Program-made: the position numbers and the translations under genes
Shown here: in pieces, positions 25,375 through 39,096 of the stretch
Position numbering within the stretch: position 1 is the stretch's first letter
How the letters are laid out: each line of letters begins with the position of its first letter
Origin: Basidiobolus meristosporus CBS 931.73
Lineage: Eukaryota > Fungi > Basidiobolomycota
NCBI GenBank assembly: GCA_002104905.1
Contig: MCFE01000486.1
Location: 1 to 64,000 of the forward strand
Direction of reading: 5' to 3'
DNA: 64,000 nt
Notes under the pieces: generated by a model
Database searches by the model: none
Seen by the model: only the letters and a program-made list of their open reading frames with translations
Told to the model about the DNA's origin: nothing

Positions 25375-28300
25375 TTAATTTGCGGGCGGCACTAGCTCCG
25401 ACTTCTCTTTGCATTCCCAGTAGCATTTATGGCAGATCTTCGAGGAGTCTGGCGTTTCCTTGGGTAGATTCAAGCCTTCCCTGGATACAGCCCCAACCTG
25501 CCACCACATGGGAGACACGTCAATGTTACATTTGGCACAATGCTGTCGTGGCAAGGAGCTGGTGGATAACCAGTCGATCTTCTTCGGTACCAATACCCGC
25601 TTTCTAGCACTGGCAGCTGCCAGCAACAGCTTTGAGAGTCGCATGGCTCCGGAAGTGGATGTTTCTGATTGTTTAACTTTGGTGTTGTACATATACAATG
25701 CAGTCTAAACGAAGAAACGTAAGTGGCTAGCTTTCAAGCAAAACCAAGTTGAGGTGCGTACCGATTTGGTTTCGGGATTGAGCGCTGTCATATCAACCAC
25801 TGTGTTGCTGCTAGGGATATGCTCCTGACACCATAGTTTGGGAGCTAACGTTGCGTTGTTTGCAAAGGTGTTTTTGGTAGCAGATTGGTTCGCTTTCTTA
25901 CCGCCCACAGGAAACACCTCGAATCCAAGCCTACAGCCTGCTTTCTGGGCACAATACACATGCATGGTTTTCTTACAGCTACTGCCTGCACAGGAGACAC
26001 ATGCGCCATCAGATATCCCACAAATGCTACACGTCTACATGAGCATAAAATAGATCAGCCGCTACATCCCAAAACCAACTATATTCATTTGGGCTCTGTA
26101 CCTGCTTCCATTTCGATGGAGCAATGACTCCTATCCCTTCGATCGGCTCGAGATGCTTGGCGTCGCCAAATGTGATTTCAGGTATCCAGGTAGCACAAAC
26201 CACATGACACCAATTGTTTCCAATGGTTTTTTTGAGAGCCTGATGTGGCTGAATGGTCTCCGGGTTTCTGCATAGCACACAATGGAAACTCTGGAAACCA
26301 TGAATACATTAATTAACTTCATGTCACCATCACGAAATTAACTAGGATCTCGATACTAACCAATGATGCCGAGGGCTTCTTAATGTTGGCGCAAGGATCA
26401 CAAACCCAGTCCTTTAGGCCGTTCTCTTGGATGCCATAACAGTCTTGGAAACTATTAGCGAACCGATATTTTGAGGCGGGGAAGCAAGTAGGATATAGTG
26501 CTTACCGCTGTGAACCGATAGCCCGCATTCCGAGCATGTCAGCAGGATCTCGGATCGATTCTCGAGACGACACACACCGCATGGCGTTGGCTTGAATGTT
26601 TTCTTGGGCGGCTCTCTAGCCTTGACCTAGAAAGAAGCGGGTTACGAAAAAGCCCCAAATTGGAAACATCCAGACTTCATAACGTACATCCAGAGATAGC
26701 TTCTTCCTAGATTTCTCCTGTAACACCTCGTTGCCTCTCTTCTTCTTTCCATTTCCTTTACCTACGTGCATCGTCAGCAAGGGCATTCTGCCTGCAGAGA
26801 AACTAGACATATGTACCATCTCTGTTCCTCTCGTATAGAGGTCTCAGCTCGCCATATTTCAGCCAATAAACGCCACACGCTTTACAAAGCGCCTTCTTTC
26901 CAATTTTAGTCGACATGAGCTGGCCAGGAGATCGATACCATTTCTCGGATTTCACAGCGGAGCAGTTGATGCAACGACGCGAGTTTCCCTCCAGCAACTC
27001 ATCATCGTCCACGGCAGGGCTCTTGGCGACTTCAGGCTTAGGTGAGTCCTCCTTTTTCTCCTCGCCATCTGCGCCGTTTCGTTTCTTGAATTTCTTGCTA
27101 ATCAGCCAAATCAATAAGGATGCCGTGCAACCAGTAAACACGCGAAATAGAAAATCAATCTACCTTGGCCGGTATTTTTTGGTGAATTGCTCATAGACCG
27201 GTTGGTATCTATCCGATTTCTTCCATAAATAGAAGTAGCGTACAATTTGTCCCATCGTTTTGGTAGAAATCTGATCAAATGATTAATCAGCACATGGGGG
27301 ATGGTGGTGACTTTGCAGATATGTTGCATACCTGTTTCTTGAACATTTGCAAGTCATGTCCATATGTGATGATGCCTCGTTCAAACTGCCCAATCTCCTC
27401 CTTGGTCCATTGCGCGGTGTTCAGATCTTCAGGCACTAGGTGGTGCATGTTCCCATACACCTCATCCCAGTTGAAGTTGGTTCTCTGCAGCTCTGACAGG
27501 ACTCTATCATAGACATCAGGGGAGTACGGGGAGACTGGCAATTTGATGTCCTGGACTTTTTTGATGAACTCGTCGACTACTCCGTCTGGTTAGCGTAGCG
27601 TGAGGAGACGGGCTACTGGAAATGGGACTTACGTTCTTCCGAGGAAACCTGATCCGGCTTCGAAAAGACCAAGGTGGATGTTTTCCCTATGCCACGTACG
27701 GGGAGCTTGACGCGCTCTAAAACCATCTTAGCTCCCTGGTTGAGATGTCGGCTTCTCAGGCTTACTTACCATCAGAATACTTCACCCCTCCGGAATACCG
27801 GCTGGATTTACGCTTCTTCGATGAGCTAGAGCGACTCTGGCTGGATTCTACCATGGAGTTGGGCGTGGGTGCGTTGGAATCGGACGCTGAATTGGCGGTA
27901 ATAAGGTCAGGGATGTTGGCCTGATACCTTCCCCCAATCCGAGAAGCAGCTCTGGGGTAGATTCGGTCGTCGTAGTCTAAAACAATCCCATCACATCAAC
28001 ACCAATTCCTCACCACAATCAGACGACGAAGCTTACCAAAAATGTCGTTCACCTTCGAGTGTATCCCGAAGTACCGAAAAGGCCATAGCTTGTTGGCTTT
28101 CGACATGTTCTCCGGGTCCTGCTCCGCCTTCTCAAGCTCGGCTTGTATGAAATCAATGGGTTAGCCAGGTGCGTGGAGGAGGGGGTTCAATTTTTCTGGA
28201 GGTACCTCGTATCTTAGCCTCTTTCTCCTGTTCCTGGTGCTTCAGCGACTTGGCCGAGGTCTGGTTTGGCTCGAGAGTCCCATCTGCCAATTTCCGAAGG

Positions 28301-29188
28301 CAAGGAGCACACTGCCAAGCATAGCCTTTGGCTAACTTCTTGGTGATTGGTGGAGAGGTACAACTCATATGATAGCTGTTGTAGCAAATCGCACACTTGA
28401 TGGCTTCAGAACTACAACAAAGAGATGAGTCAGTCAGCGCATACATACAATCAACGCACGTCCTGTCGATATGCAGGTTACAGTCACTTACCCAGGGCAC
28501 CACTCGTTGCACTTGGCACATACACGATGGGGGTTTTTGAAATCCAACGCCTTTGCCTCTTCGGCTAGGATGAATTTGTATCTCTGACGCAAGGCGACCG
28601 CAATATCCACTGGGACATTCTTGATGGTTTCACACGGAACAACCTCGTATGTGCGGCAAATGTATCGGTCAAACAGCTGGCTGTAATAGAAGTGGTCCTC
28701 TTTTTCTTTGTACTGCTCCAGGTCGGAAATATAGTGCAGGTGCTTCACCACGCACACGCTTTTGATATTGCACACTGGGTGGATGCTTGAATGCATCGTT
28801 GCGAACAAAACCCGATTATCGTTTTTGCGTCGTCCAGCTGTGACATCTTTGGGCCGGTAAAACCAGGCAACTCGAACCTTCAGGTCATCGTCGGTGCCGT
28901 CATATAGGAACTCCATCACGCGAGCGACAAAGTATGGCTCAGCAATGACATATTCCGAAGCCATGTACACATAGTCTAGAGGAAACGACAAACGTCAGCA
29001 CCAAACCGGGTCCAGAGGCGATCACGCCTCGCAATCAGCCATACCGCAATATCCATATGGTGACAGGCAGTTGATATACAGGCGTGACAGAGCAAGAGAT
29101 ATGTGGGATACATACCGTTTAGGTGAACTGGAGTGCCGTCCTCCAGGGTAACATAGGAGGGGGGTTCTTTCTTTTCTTCCGAGGACAT
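25375..29188 (-). CDS. SNT2: Snt2-like chromatin protein (BAH, PHD, ELM2, SANT, GATA-like finger, PHD, extended PHD)
   Basis: BAH (EPYFVARVMEF..KVRVAWFYRPKDV), PHD (CAICYNSYHMSC..PP), ELM2 (RIGGRYQANIP), SANT (WTKEEIGQFERGI..YG) and WCHVVCATWIPE ePHD. Confidence 0.88.
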
Positions 29189-30026
29189 AGCGCTATTTAT
29201 GTATGTATATTGGGGTACTGTGTCCAACAAGAGCCAAAAGAGCGATGTTCAGGCCAATTCTCTATCAGTAGTCACAAAGAAAAGGAAACGAGTATTATCA
29301 AGGGAAGGTCGCAAAAACCACAAAACTTGGGTTATCTTGATGGGATGTTGGTGGAATAAAGAAGGATGGAAGCGGATAAAATAAAAAAGGGATTGTTTAT
29401 CAGCAGCAGGAAATTTCAAAAATGAGATTTGCTAAATGAGATTTGGACGGATGGGAGGGGAATTTGAGATGAGAAGGGAATATATATAAATTTCATACGG
29501 ACTGGATGTCCACTGCGATGATAAAAAAGGGTATTTCCACAGGGTCACATTTGCATTGGTGGTCCTTGATGACACACTTGCCGCTCCCTGGCCCCATCTA
29601 ACAACAATTCCACACCCCGTAGCGCACTCCGTTCCACGCCTCATAGCACACTTCATCCCACACAACGCATTGGGATTCTCTGCTGCCTTGCCACCAAGCT
29701 AGGTCTCATGAGTATTCCTCGCGTTTATTATAGTGATGATTCAAGTATGACAACAACTCGCGAATATCCTGCCAATTTCTCCCTCACATGATCGAAGTGA
29801 GTGAGGTTGGATTTTTATGGTTGGAGCGATGGTTGAGGCAATGGTTGAGCCCCAAAATAGTGACTGAGTGAAGGGTGATATGGATGTTTAGAACGCGTAC
29901 GCAAAATTTACAACTAAGAATTGAGGGAGGGGCGTATATATTTGGGGGCGATGAAGTAGATGTTCGAGATAATAACGTGTGGAGACTACTTGGGATGTAG
30001 TGCGGGGGTGCGATACAAAGAATGGC

Positions 30027-31159
30027 CTAGAAGCTCATATCTGGTAAACTCTGCACTGGGCCAAGCTCCGCAAGCTGCTTATCGAGAAGCTCAAGTCGGA
30101 GCTCCAGCTTTTCCACAGCAAGGGTTGACACACTGACATCAAACTGCGCTTTACGAATCAGCTCCTCGGTGCGTGCTTCATCTTCTCGCATCCGCTTACG
30201 CTCCAGGTTGAATTTAGCCATCTGTGTTGTTTCAATGGGGTTGGTGAATGTTGTGCAAAATATAGGCAAGCAATACGAACCTCGCTCTCAAACTCCTTCA
30301 CCAAATTCTCTATAATTGCTTCGTGCGAGAATGGCTCGTATCCCTTGGAGGACCGACGGGGCGTATACGGGCTAGTGTGATTCTGAGGAAATTCTCTACG
30401 GTAGAATGGCGGAGTTTCTGGTACACGAGGCGACAAATCATGGGGTGGGACAAATTTTGAAGGGCTGGGCTCTGGTGGGGGGATGAATTCTCTACGTGGT
30501 GGGTATGGGCTGGAAAGCTGTGGCGGAGGGGCTGAGTGGGATACAGGTGCGGGGGACGAATTGCGAGCCACAGGCGGAGGAGGTCGACTGTCGTAGGGTG
30601 GTATGGCTTCTGGCGGAGGTGGGGGCGGGGGCAGCTGAGAGTAATGAGGGCGATAGGAATCATATCGAGCGGGAGGAAAGTCAGACTCATATGCCCCTCT
30701 TTGCAGTTCGACGGCTTCTCTGGCGTGTCTAGATAGAGAAGGTGAACGGGAACGACCGTTTTGGTCCCACTCTCTGTGATAACTTTGGCGGGGCAAGTCT
30801 CGATCGTGCTCACTATACCGCCGACGATACTGGCTGCTGCTTCTCTCGCGCTCCCGGCCCCATCTTTCCCGGCTACGGTCTCTACTCCGGCCATCATGGT
30901 CTCTACCAGACTCTCGGCTACTTCTATAGTAATCTCTATCTCGATGATCACGCATCATCTCTCGATCTCTGTCTCGTTCACGCTCGCTGTACCTTCTGTC
31001 TCGCTCACGATAGCGATCCCGATCCCGATCGTACCCATACGGCTCTCCGGCGTAGGAGTACGAGCGTGAACCATAATATCTAGAAAAGCCTGCTGAGGAA
31101 CTGTGGGATGGTGAAGCATATCTTCTGTCTGGATGATAACTATCCCCACCACGATCCAT
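30027..31159 (-). CDS. Hypothetical RS/RD-rich and Pro-rich protein with C-terminal coiled coil (2 exons)
   Basis: Long low-complexity ORF joined by a GTTCGT..CAG intron to MAKFNLERKR...LELLDKQL. Confidence 0.65.
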
Positions 31160-32203
31160 TTACCTAGATTATAGCAAAAAAGTTCTTAAATAATTCAGAC
31201 AACGCAAAGGTCTTTGTCTTTCGCCCAAGAGATTGCACAAAGTATCGGGCGAAGTAATCGGCGAAGAGAAGGACAAGAGAAAAAGAGCCTGGAAAGATTG
31301 TACGCCTGGAGTGGTGTTATTGAAATCCGTGAATCCTGAGGCATTAAGAGTTTGATATGAGCTCAAAATTAGTCAGAGATTGTTTCACTCCCACATCAAT
31401 ACTATGATCAAAATTGAGCCTTGCTAATCATACTATGATCGCGCAAATCCCCCGCAGACCGTTCCCGTTTGCCCCCCAGCCGCTCCCTTGGTAGCTCGCG
31501 TGTAGTTGAACGACCGCGCCAAGGTTCGCCACATTATGGGGTGCTTCTAGCTCGTCGGTGATGGCTAGGGTTAGGTTTTATTGAAGGATCTGTCGTCGAG
31601 AGCTCGCGTTCACCCTTCTCTTCATCCAGTAAAGCATCATTAGAATACAGAACTCGGCAACTCTAAGATTACCATTAGCAGGTGTGGCACAGACACACAG
31701 CGACTACCAAGAAAATACCCGGGTTGTGGTCAGGGTTTTTTGTGCTGTGTCCCTTGTGCTGCGTGCTGTGTGGAAAGCAGAGGAACGAAAAATAAGAATT
31801 AATTGGAAAGCAAAAGAGAAATTGAAACTGAAATTCATATCGTCTGATTAACTGATCGGCATCCATCATATAAAAGCAGTGATATTGGATCTCGCTCCCC
31901 CCACTCCTTACACCTCAGCCGTGCAATTCTCTTCATGAATTGGCCACCTGATGAAGAGAAGGAAAGAGCAAAGGTAAGCCTAGACATCGCACAATGATGC
32001 TGGCTGTTCCTGCTGGGTTTGGCCGCTCTAAACCTATGTTTTCTTTGAGCTGGTGCTTAGTAACGGGAACCGACAAATGTTGTGAATTCATGGAATGATT
32101 AGGGTTAGGGCTCATATCCCTAAAAGGGCCCATATCCCTAAAATATTCAATTTATTTTTTGCTGCTATACAAAGAAGCAGGCTTGATTGGGACCTTACCT
32201 TTG

Positions 32204-33087
32204 ATGTCTTCCACTTTCGAGCAAGCGGCCTCTTACAGTGCTAAACGCTTCCAACGGATAGAGGACGCTTACGAAGAAGTTTTTGAACTATACACCGAAG
32301 GTTCACGTAATGGCGATTGGGTGCATAACAAATTTGCTCAGCAAAAACTGGCCCAAGTGGAAGTGGAGTTGGAGTGTATTTTCGCGTCTTATCTTATTGC
32401 GTGATTCTCCCATTTATGTGTTTCTGAATATTTCTAGTTGGGAATAAGGCGAAAACTCTACACTTCCTCCAGAATTCAAGTATCCAAACTGCCAAGGGAA
32501 TCACCGGAGCGGTTGTTTGGGACTCAAGCATATGTCTAGCCCACTTTTTGTGGAAGAACTTCAGTTGGTTGGGAGTGGAAAAAGGAAAGTCTTGCCTAGA
32601 ATTAGGCTCGGGCTGCGGTGTGGCAGGCATCACTTGCTATCATTTGGGTAGCAATGTTCACTTCACAGACCAGGAAGTTATGTTGAAACACCTGGAAAAG
32701 AACGTAAAACTGAATGCGGTAAAGCAAGCCAATCCATCTAAAGATAGACGAGAAGAGGTTCATCTGCCCAACGTTGAGCTCTCGGAATTAATGTGGGGCG
32801 AGAAGCTCCCGAAAGACATCAGCGAGCAGGAGATAGACTTTGTACTAGCAAGCGATTGTGTTTACAACGAATTCATTGTCCCAAAATTGATCGACACTCT
32901 CAAAAAGCTCTCTACAGTCAAAACCATGTTTATCATTGCGCAAGAATTACGCTCGGACTCGGTTCATTTATTATTCCTGGAAGAGCTACTGAGGGATTTC
33001 ACAGTTTTCCGCGCCGTTCAAGAGGAGAAATTCGCATCTTCCTGTGTAGTGATATATCTGGCGTGGGCAACAGCAGAACGCCCTTGA
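32204..33087 (+). CDS. Second METTL21/Methyltransf_16-family protein methyltransferase (Rkm5-like)
   Basis: GITGAVVWDSSICLAHFL, CLELGSGCGVAG, VHFTDQ, LMWGE and FVLASDCVYNE motifs; intron in the 5' part. Confidence 0.85.
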
Positions 33088-33100
33088 TAAAAATAAAGAA

Positions 33101-34708
33101 TCATTGCAAATCAACTGGGCTAGTGCGGGGAAAGCTCGCTGGCTGGGGAAGTCTGTATTCTGCCACGGAGACCTGGAAGTGCGGGCCGGTGGGATTTGCG
33201 ATGCTACCTGGGACGAAAGTAAAATGGCCTTTCATTGAATATACCTTATCAGCAGCGTTCGGGCTGTCGGCGCAGATTGAACAGTACTCGAAGGTTGGTG
33301 TAGACCCTGGCAAACAGTTAGCCACAGGATTCCACTCGCATGATCATATGTGGGTGCTCCTTACTGCTCAGCAACGGATACTCTCCTACAACTAATGAAT
33401 GGCTAAGTGGCTGTTCACATGAGCCGCCTGGTCCAACCTCTACTTGCCTGCTTCCCCCTCCACCTCCTCCACATTGCCGCTCTGGAAGCGGATCAGCCAG
33501 TAGCGGCTAACCAGCTGGCATGATGCATAGCCCAACGTCTCTGCGTTCAATAAATTCATCCGAATACGGTATATAAACTGAGTGTACGGCCGCCGAGATT
33601 CGCTGGCAAAAATCGCCGACGCTCGGATTTCGATGCCTGGAGTGTGGTGGTTAGATAGATCCCATCCCTGAGCTGCACGTGATCTGTGTACCCTTGGTAA
33701 CCGCCCGGCTGGTTCCTAGCCCTTCGTTCGGGAACATGAGGATTTGTTTCTGTGCGGTCAAGTCAAACACTCCCATCTCGAGGTTGTCGACATACTCCTC
33801 GATGAAATCCATGAAGAGGCCCTTGTCGTGGTATTTGTACGTGATCTCATCAAACTCAATGACATGATGCAACAGATGCGGCTGCAAGGGTTTTGGGCAA
33901 CTAGTCACCAGCGCCAGACTTTTTCCGGTGTATCGGCACCACCCGAAAATACTAAAGATCGTGTAAGCACTTAGCGGGGAAAACCTTGCCTGGGAAACCT
34001 ACACTATTTCGAGCGACCAGATTTTGTACGTTCGCAAGTGGCTATCCGAGCCAAACGTTAGCATTCTACGTGAAGGTTAACTAGTGCATTCAGGGCTTAC
34101 GTCGAAGGGATCCACAGTAAACAACAAAAAATCCCTTTGCGAGAAATGTTAGGCCAGCAGCAAAGAATGTTTTCATACTCCACAGATTACCATAGCAATG
34201 ATAGACCCCAAATAGCCCACCAGTGTACCCTCTTTCCCCATCGTGGAAATGATACCACAATTCAAATTCCTTGGGAAAGTGAACTTCCGCACTTATCAGC
34301 GTCGTCTTCCACTTAAGCGGTGGAGCTAATGTTGCAAAAAGTTGAGGTGCCTTTTTTTGCAGCCATTTCTCTAAGCGCTGCATGCATCTCTTCACCTTGG
34401 GAAATGCTTCAGTGTATCCACTGTATGTAAGGCGGAATAATCTGTAGGTTTCTTGGTAGGTCTGTGGGGTTGGCTGGAAAAGTTGAGGTGTGATTTCTGC
34501 TCGCTTACAATGTGGCAACCAGAGGTTATCCCCAGTACTTGCTTGATACAAAGCTCTGCAGGTCTACAATTGGACGGAAGTAAGCCTCTAGCTCCGCAAA
34601 AAGGGCAAACTCCCGACTTACCAGTCCGCAGGCCGCCAATTCCTCCGGTCGGTGTATGTATTTGAATATCGAAGTAAGAATGTCCGCTGGAAGATTTTGT
34701 ATATTCAT
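33101..34708 (-). CDS. F-box + SMI1/KNR4-like + ApaG protein (FBXO3/SKIP16-like), multi-exon
   Basis: F-box LPADILTSIFKYI; SMI1-like PKEFELWYHFHDGE..GGLFG.Y; ApaG-like CQLVSRYWLIR..G.VEEVEG and FEYCS..MKGHFTFVPGS. Confidence 0.8.
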
Positions 34709-35623
34709 AGCTGTCTGCAGCTGTCTAGTTGAGAACTCTATTGCGTGACTGGATTCGAAGTTGGGCTGATGTAATTATCGTTCTGTATCACATGATCGGG
34801 TGAGATGCTTAATTTTATTCTTGCGTAGTTACTATTGCTTAGTATTATTGCCATGAATCACTGCGAGTTATCTTCAACATCAATGGGCCAGTCTCTGAAG
34901 TAGCACCAGTTGCAAGTAGCTATCCTAATGCCAAATTATTTCCTGATTATCATTTCTTAAATCTTGCATAAATCTCCAGGTTACTTAAGTGTCCCCATGT
35001 TTTGTGCACTTCATTCCATCACTTTATTCTCATATTGCTGAACTTTTACTCAATTAGCTAACGAATATAAACATACTCATCTATTCCAAGTCCTGTTTCA
35101 ATTTCCAACTATGCTAAGCTAATGTACGCATTAGAGTGCAAATCATACTCTATTCTGTGGAGTCACTATCCGACGTTGGAGACGATGCAGCACAACCAGT
35201 CTGGATACCTGCCATATGAATATAATCTACGATTCTTTCGATTAGGAACCATATGTTTGCCTTTCCATAAACTGCAAAGGGAGAGTTGGGTGAGATTCTT
35301 GCTAAGATTCTTGAACCATAGACACAAGATACAAATTACTCATGTATATGTGCATATAATCAATAAATGCAACTGCAATGAGAGGAGCCAGTTATCGATC
35401 AAAACCTTCATATTCCTGATCTCTACCACTAAAGTCATGTACGTATTCTTTTGCCTGATGTATTTAAATCAGGAGAAACGCTAGCTTTATTGTAGTAATC
35501 AACCGCAATTGGCTAATTTTTTCATATCCTTCAAGTGTGCAATCACTTTCATCTCGATTGGAGTTACATGGAGCGACTGACTAAACTGGGTTGCTTTCTA
35601 GCAATTTTCTGCACATTGGGTTA

Positions 35624-36091
35624 CTAACAGTTGTCAACACACTGGGTCGTCTCTACAGGTGCTGAGTATTCAACTTCGGGCTGCATATAAACGTAAGGAT
35701 ACGCGGTACCATCCTCTGAGTGTTCAGCTCCCTTCTTCTTGGCGTACTCCGAAGCGCCAGCTGAGCCCTCCAATTCAAGGCTAGGGCCTGCTTGATATTT
35801 AACATTTAGGCCCTTTCCTCTCTCGGCATGGGCAACATTTAAGTTGTCATGCTTCCGAGTAACCGTAGTGAATACTTGTCTCAACAACGGGACCTCGGCC
35901 ACCGGAGCCGATGGAAGTACGAAGGTTCTTGTATTAGAGTGGCATGGTATCGCATGCTGACCGCATGGCACTCGGCGAAGATAGACCTTTTTGAACGACT
36001 GGGTGTATGGTGAGCTGTAGCCAGCAGGAACAGCGGTGACTACCTCAAGAGTAACCAAGCCTAGAATAGCAGCCAAGATATAGAAGTGCAT
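35624..36091 (-). CDS. Small secreted protein of unknown function (intronless)
   Basis: Signal peptide MHFYILAAILGLVTLEVVTA; TATA-like TATATATAG about 40 bp upstream. Confidence 0.65.
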   Translation of the reverse strand: MHFYILAAILGLVTLEVVTAVPAGYSSPYTQSFKKVYLRRVPCGQHAIPCHSNTRTFVLPSAPVAEVPLLRQVFTTVTRKHDNLNVAHAERGKGLNVKYQAGPSLELEGSAGASEYAKKKGAEHSEDGTAYPYVYMQPEVEYSAPVETTQCVDNC

Positions 36092-37025
36092 TGCGACAGA
36101 TACAACTTGAGATGGTCTACCTCACTCTATATATATTGTCAAGAAACTATCTAACAGAGTTGGAGCTTATTTAATCATCTTCCAACTACTCAATTCGTGA
36201 ATATCATGTGCGTTGAGCTGGTCCGCTTTATTAGACTCCATTTGACGAGACGCGTTGCAGTATGTTGTTGAATGTGAATTGATTCTGAAAGCTGTGGAAG
36301 TAAACTCAGCGTTATCAAGTGCTACTAATAATATAATATTGGGCTGAGTTAAGTGCAACGAACAAGAAACACCCGAAACTGAGCCCTCGCAGGGCAATAA
36401 AAATACATGGAAAAGGGCTCTCATTGGATGCAACATTCATGTTTCAGGACTCAGTTACTGATCATATCAGTTAGCATTCTTACTGTTTCAATTATGATAT
36501 TCAACGGTGGTAATATATATAGAACATAAAAGTACTATAAAAAAAGGGTTGAAACAACTAACAACCAGCATTCGTTCCCAACAAGGTGGAGGGTTTGATT
36601 TACCGTAATTTCGTCCATTTGATTTATGTTAATAAAAGTAATGTATGAACTCCCGACCCTCACAACATCGTAGGAACAGGATGTCATGAAAGGGTGCTAA
36701 GATGCTCTTTTCGTCTACGCTTATGTTGACGCTCTTCAACTACAAGTAGTAACAAGCCTATGGTGCTAAGAGGCTTATGAGCAACACGGATTATAAGCGG
36801 TGCCGCACGATAGGGTTTCACTATTCGCAGGCTACAAGTTTTATTTTGTTGATCAAGATATGGGAATTCCTCGAATTTATGATCCCATTTCTATTTTTAT
36901 CGGAAATTGCCCGAGCACTTGCTTTGTTATTTTGCCAGTCTATGGTATAGAATCTATCCATTTTTCATCCTCATTACTATGTTTTGTCTTCATTGAATCA
37001 CCCGCCTCATCTTTTGGCAAGTATC

Positions 37026-39096
37026 TATTGTAAGAGTTTTGGAGATATTAGAAGTGATCGGGAGAACAAGTAGATTACGCAGTTTTCACCTAATGATTTA
37101 TTGAATGTAAAGTAGTGTTTATACTTTTACTTGGTCTTGGTAAACAAACATGTAAAATATGCTTAGGAAGATCTCAAGAGCATGTGCGCAAAGTTTGGGG
37201 GTGTTTGGACACCTTTGAGATTTTTTATGTTCTGGGTACCAGATATTTTGGTGAAAATATTCTAATTATATCTCATCAAGGAATTTGATCTAAATTCTCT
37301 AACATCTGTAGGTAATGATGTAAGTGACTAAGGTGAATATGTAGGTGTAATTACGTATTCTACAACACTCCCACTCAACAAAATACTCATATCAACTAGT
37401 CCTAATTGTGACCTAGAACATTCAAGTTTGTCTCTAGCTAATGGTTTGGTCAATATGTCCGCAATCATTTCACTTGTAAGATAGTGAGCTAAGTTAACAA
37501 AGTGATACCCTATGTTGTAAGAGTCTTGGAGATATTGGAAGTGTTTGGGAGAGCAAGTAGATTATGTGGTTTTCATTTAATGATTTATTGAATGTAAAAG
37601 TAGTATTTATACTTTCACATTGTCTTGGCATATCAAACACATAGAATAGGTTAAGGGAGGTCTTAAGAACATGTGTGCAAAGTTTGGGGCTGTTTGGACA
37701 ACTTACCTAATTTTCATGTTCTGGGTAAGTATTCTAAGTAAATCCCAACAGGGAATTTGGTCAGTATTCCCTAGAATTTCAAGGTAATGATCTAAGTGAC
37801 TAAGTTGGATGAATATTTAGGTGGAGTTACAATTTTTACAACACCCTATAGCTTCACCAATGAAGTGATGTGTAAAATCTATGTGCTCAGCACTAGCATG
37901 CAATGTTGGATTTCTACCTAATTGTATACATTCTTGATACTCTTGAAATAATGTAGTAGACCCTTTCTGATATAATCCCAAGTCTTTTAAAAGCTTTTTT
38001 AACTACATTGCTTTTTTTTAGGCTCACTGGCTACCATATATTATGGCTCTGTGGTTAAAAGTCATATGGCTGGTTGCTTTCTCATATTCCATGAAATTAC
38101 CCCATTACAGTAAAGAAAGGTGCACTCTACAATGGATCTTCTATCTTCTAAATTTTGTTCCCAATCAGCATTGGCATATCCCAAAATATCCTGATCTGAA
38201 TCATTATAGGTATATCTTAAGTAGATACCAGCAGTTCCTCTTGGGTATCTAAAAATTCACTTAAATATTGCATAATGCTCATTCCATAGTTCTGATAATG
38301 CTGACTAACAACTCCTGTTGAATATGAGATGTCTGAACATATTTTAAACATGATACACATCAGACTGCTAATCATATATTATTAAGGGGATTTGGGGCTC
38401 TTAGATGACACCAAGCTCTATTGAGCTGGTTGAGTTTTGACCAAGTTATGGTTTTTCTCCATTGGGGTGGCTGCTAGTTTACAGTCTTCATTTGGTACTT
38501 CTCAAGTAACTCTTGGATATACTTGGAATGGCTTAGGGCAATAGTGTGGGTACATCCGTCTATGGAGAACTTTATCCCAAAGTGATAGCTGAGCACTTAT
38601 ACATTGGACATCCTGAACTCCTTGGATAGGCTTGCTTTACTATCTTGGTATAATTTCTGGTTATTGGTGGCTATAATAAAATCATCCACATGTCAAACTA
38701 ATACTACTGGGCTTACTTCATCTAACTTATAGTACATGCCATGGTAAATAGTACTTCTTTACAAACTCTAAGACTATAAATAAGAATCTATCTTTTAACT
38801 CCAGGCTCTTGGTGATTGTTTGAGACTGCATAGAGATTTTTAAGCTTGCAGACCAAATGGCGGCTATCTTAGTCAGCAAACCCACAAGACTGACTCATGT
38901 ACACATCTGCATCAAGTTCCCCAATGAAAGATGCCTTTTTATATGTATTTGATGAGTAAGGAGCTTATTCTTTGCTGCAATAGCAATATTAGTCTGATAG
39001 ATTAAACCTGAATACCAATCAAAATTTCAGTCAGGTCCAGTCTCTTTGTTTGAGAACATCCTTTGGCCACAAGTCATGCTTTGTATTGTTCAATTA
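37026..39096 (-). mobile_element. Decayed Copia 3' part (3' LTR 37026-37367, PPT, RNase H/RT remnants), oldest layer of the nest
   Basis: LTR homology followed by ctcccactc. Broken RT/RNase H remnants (EQYKA*LVAKG). Interrupted at 37513 and 39097. Confidence 0.8.
37513..37843 (-). mobile_element. Solo LTR with 5-bp TSD CCCTA
   Basis: TG...CA ends, homology to the 350-bp LTR, and cccta on both flanks. Confidence 0.9.

Noticed and set aside
24637-25607. ORFs of 148-150 aa between the F-box/LRR gene and SNT2
   Set aside because: Non-ATG or overlapping antisense frames without motifs.
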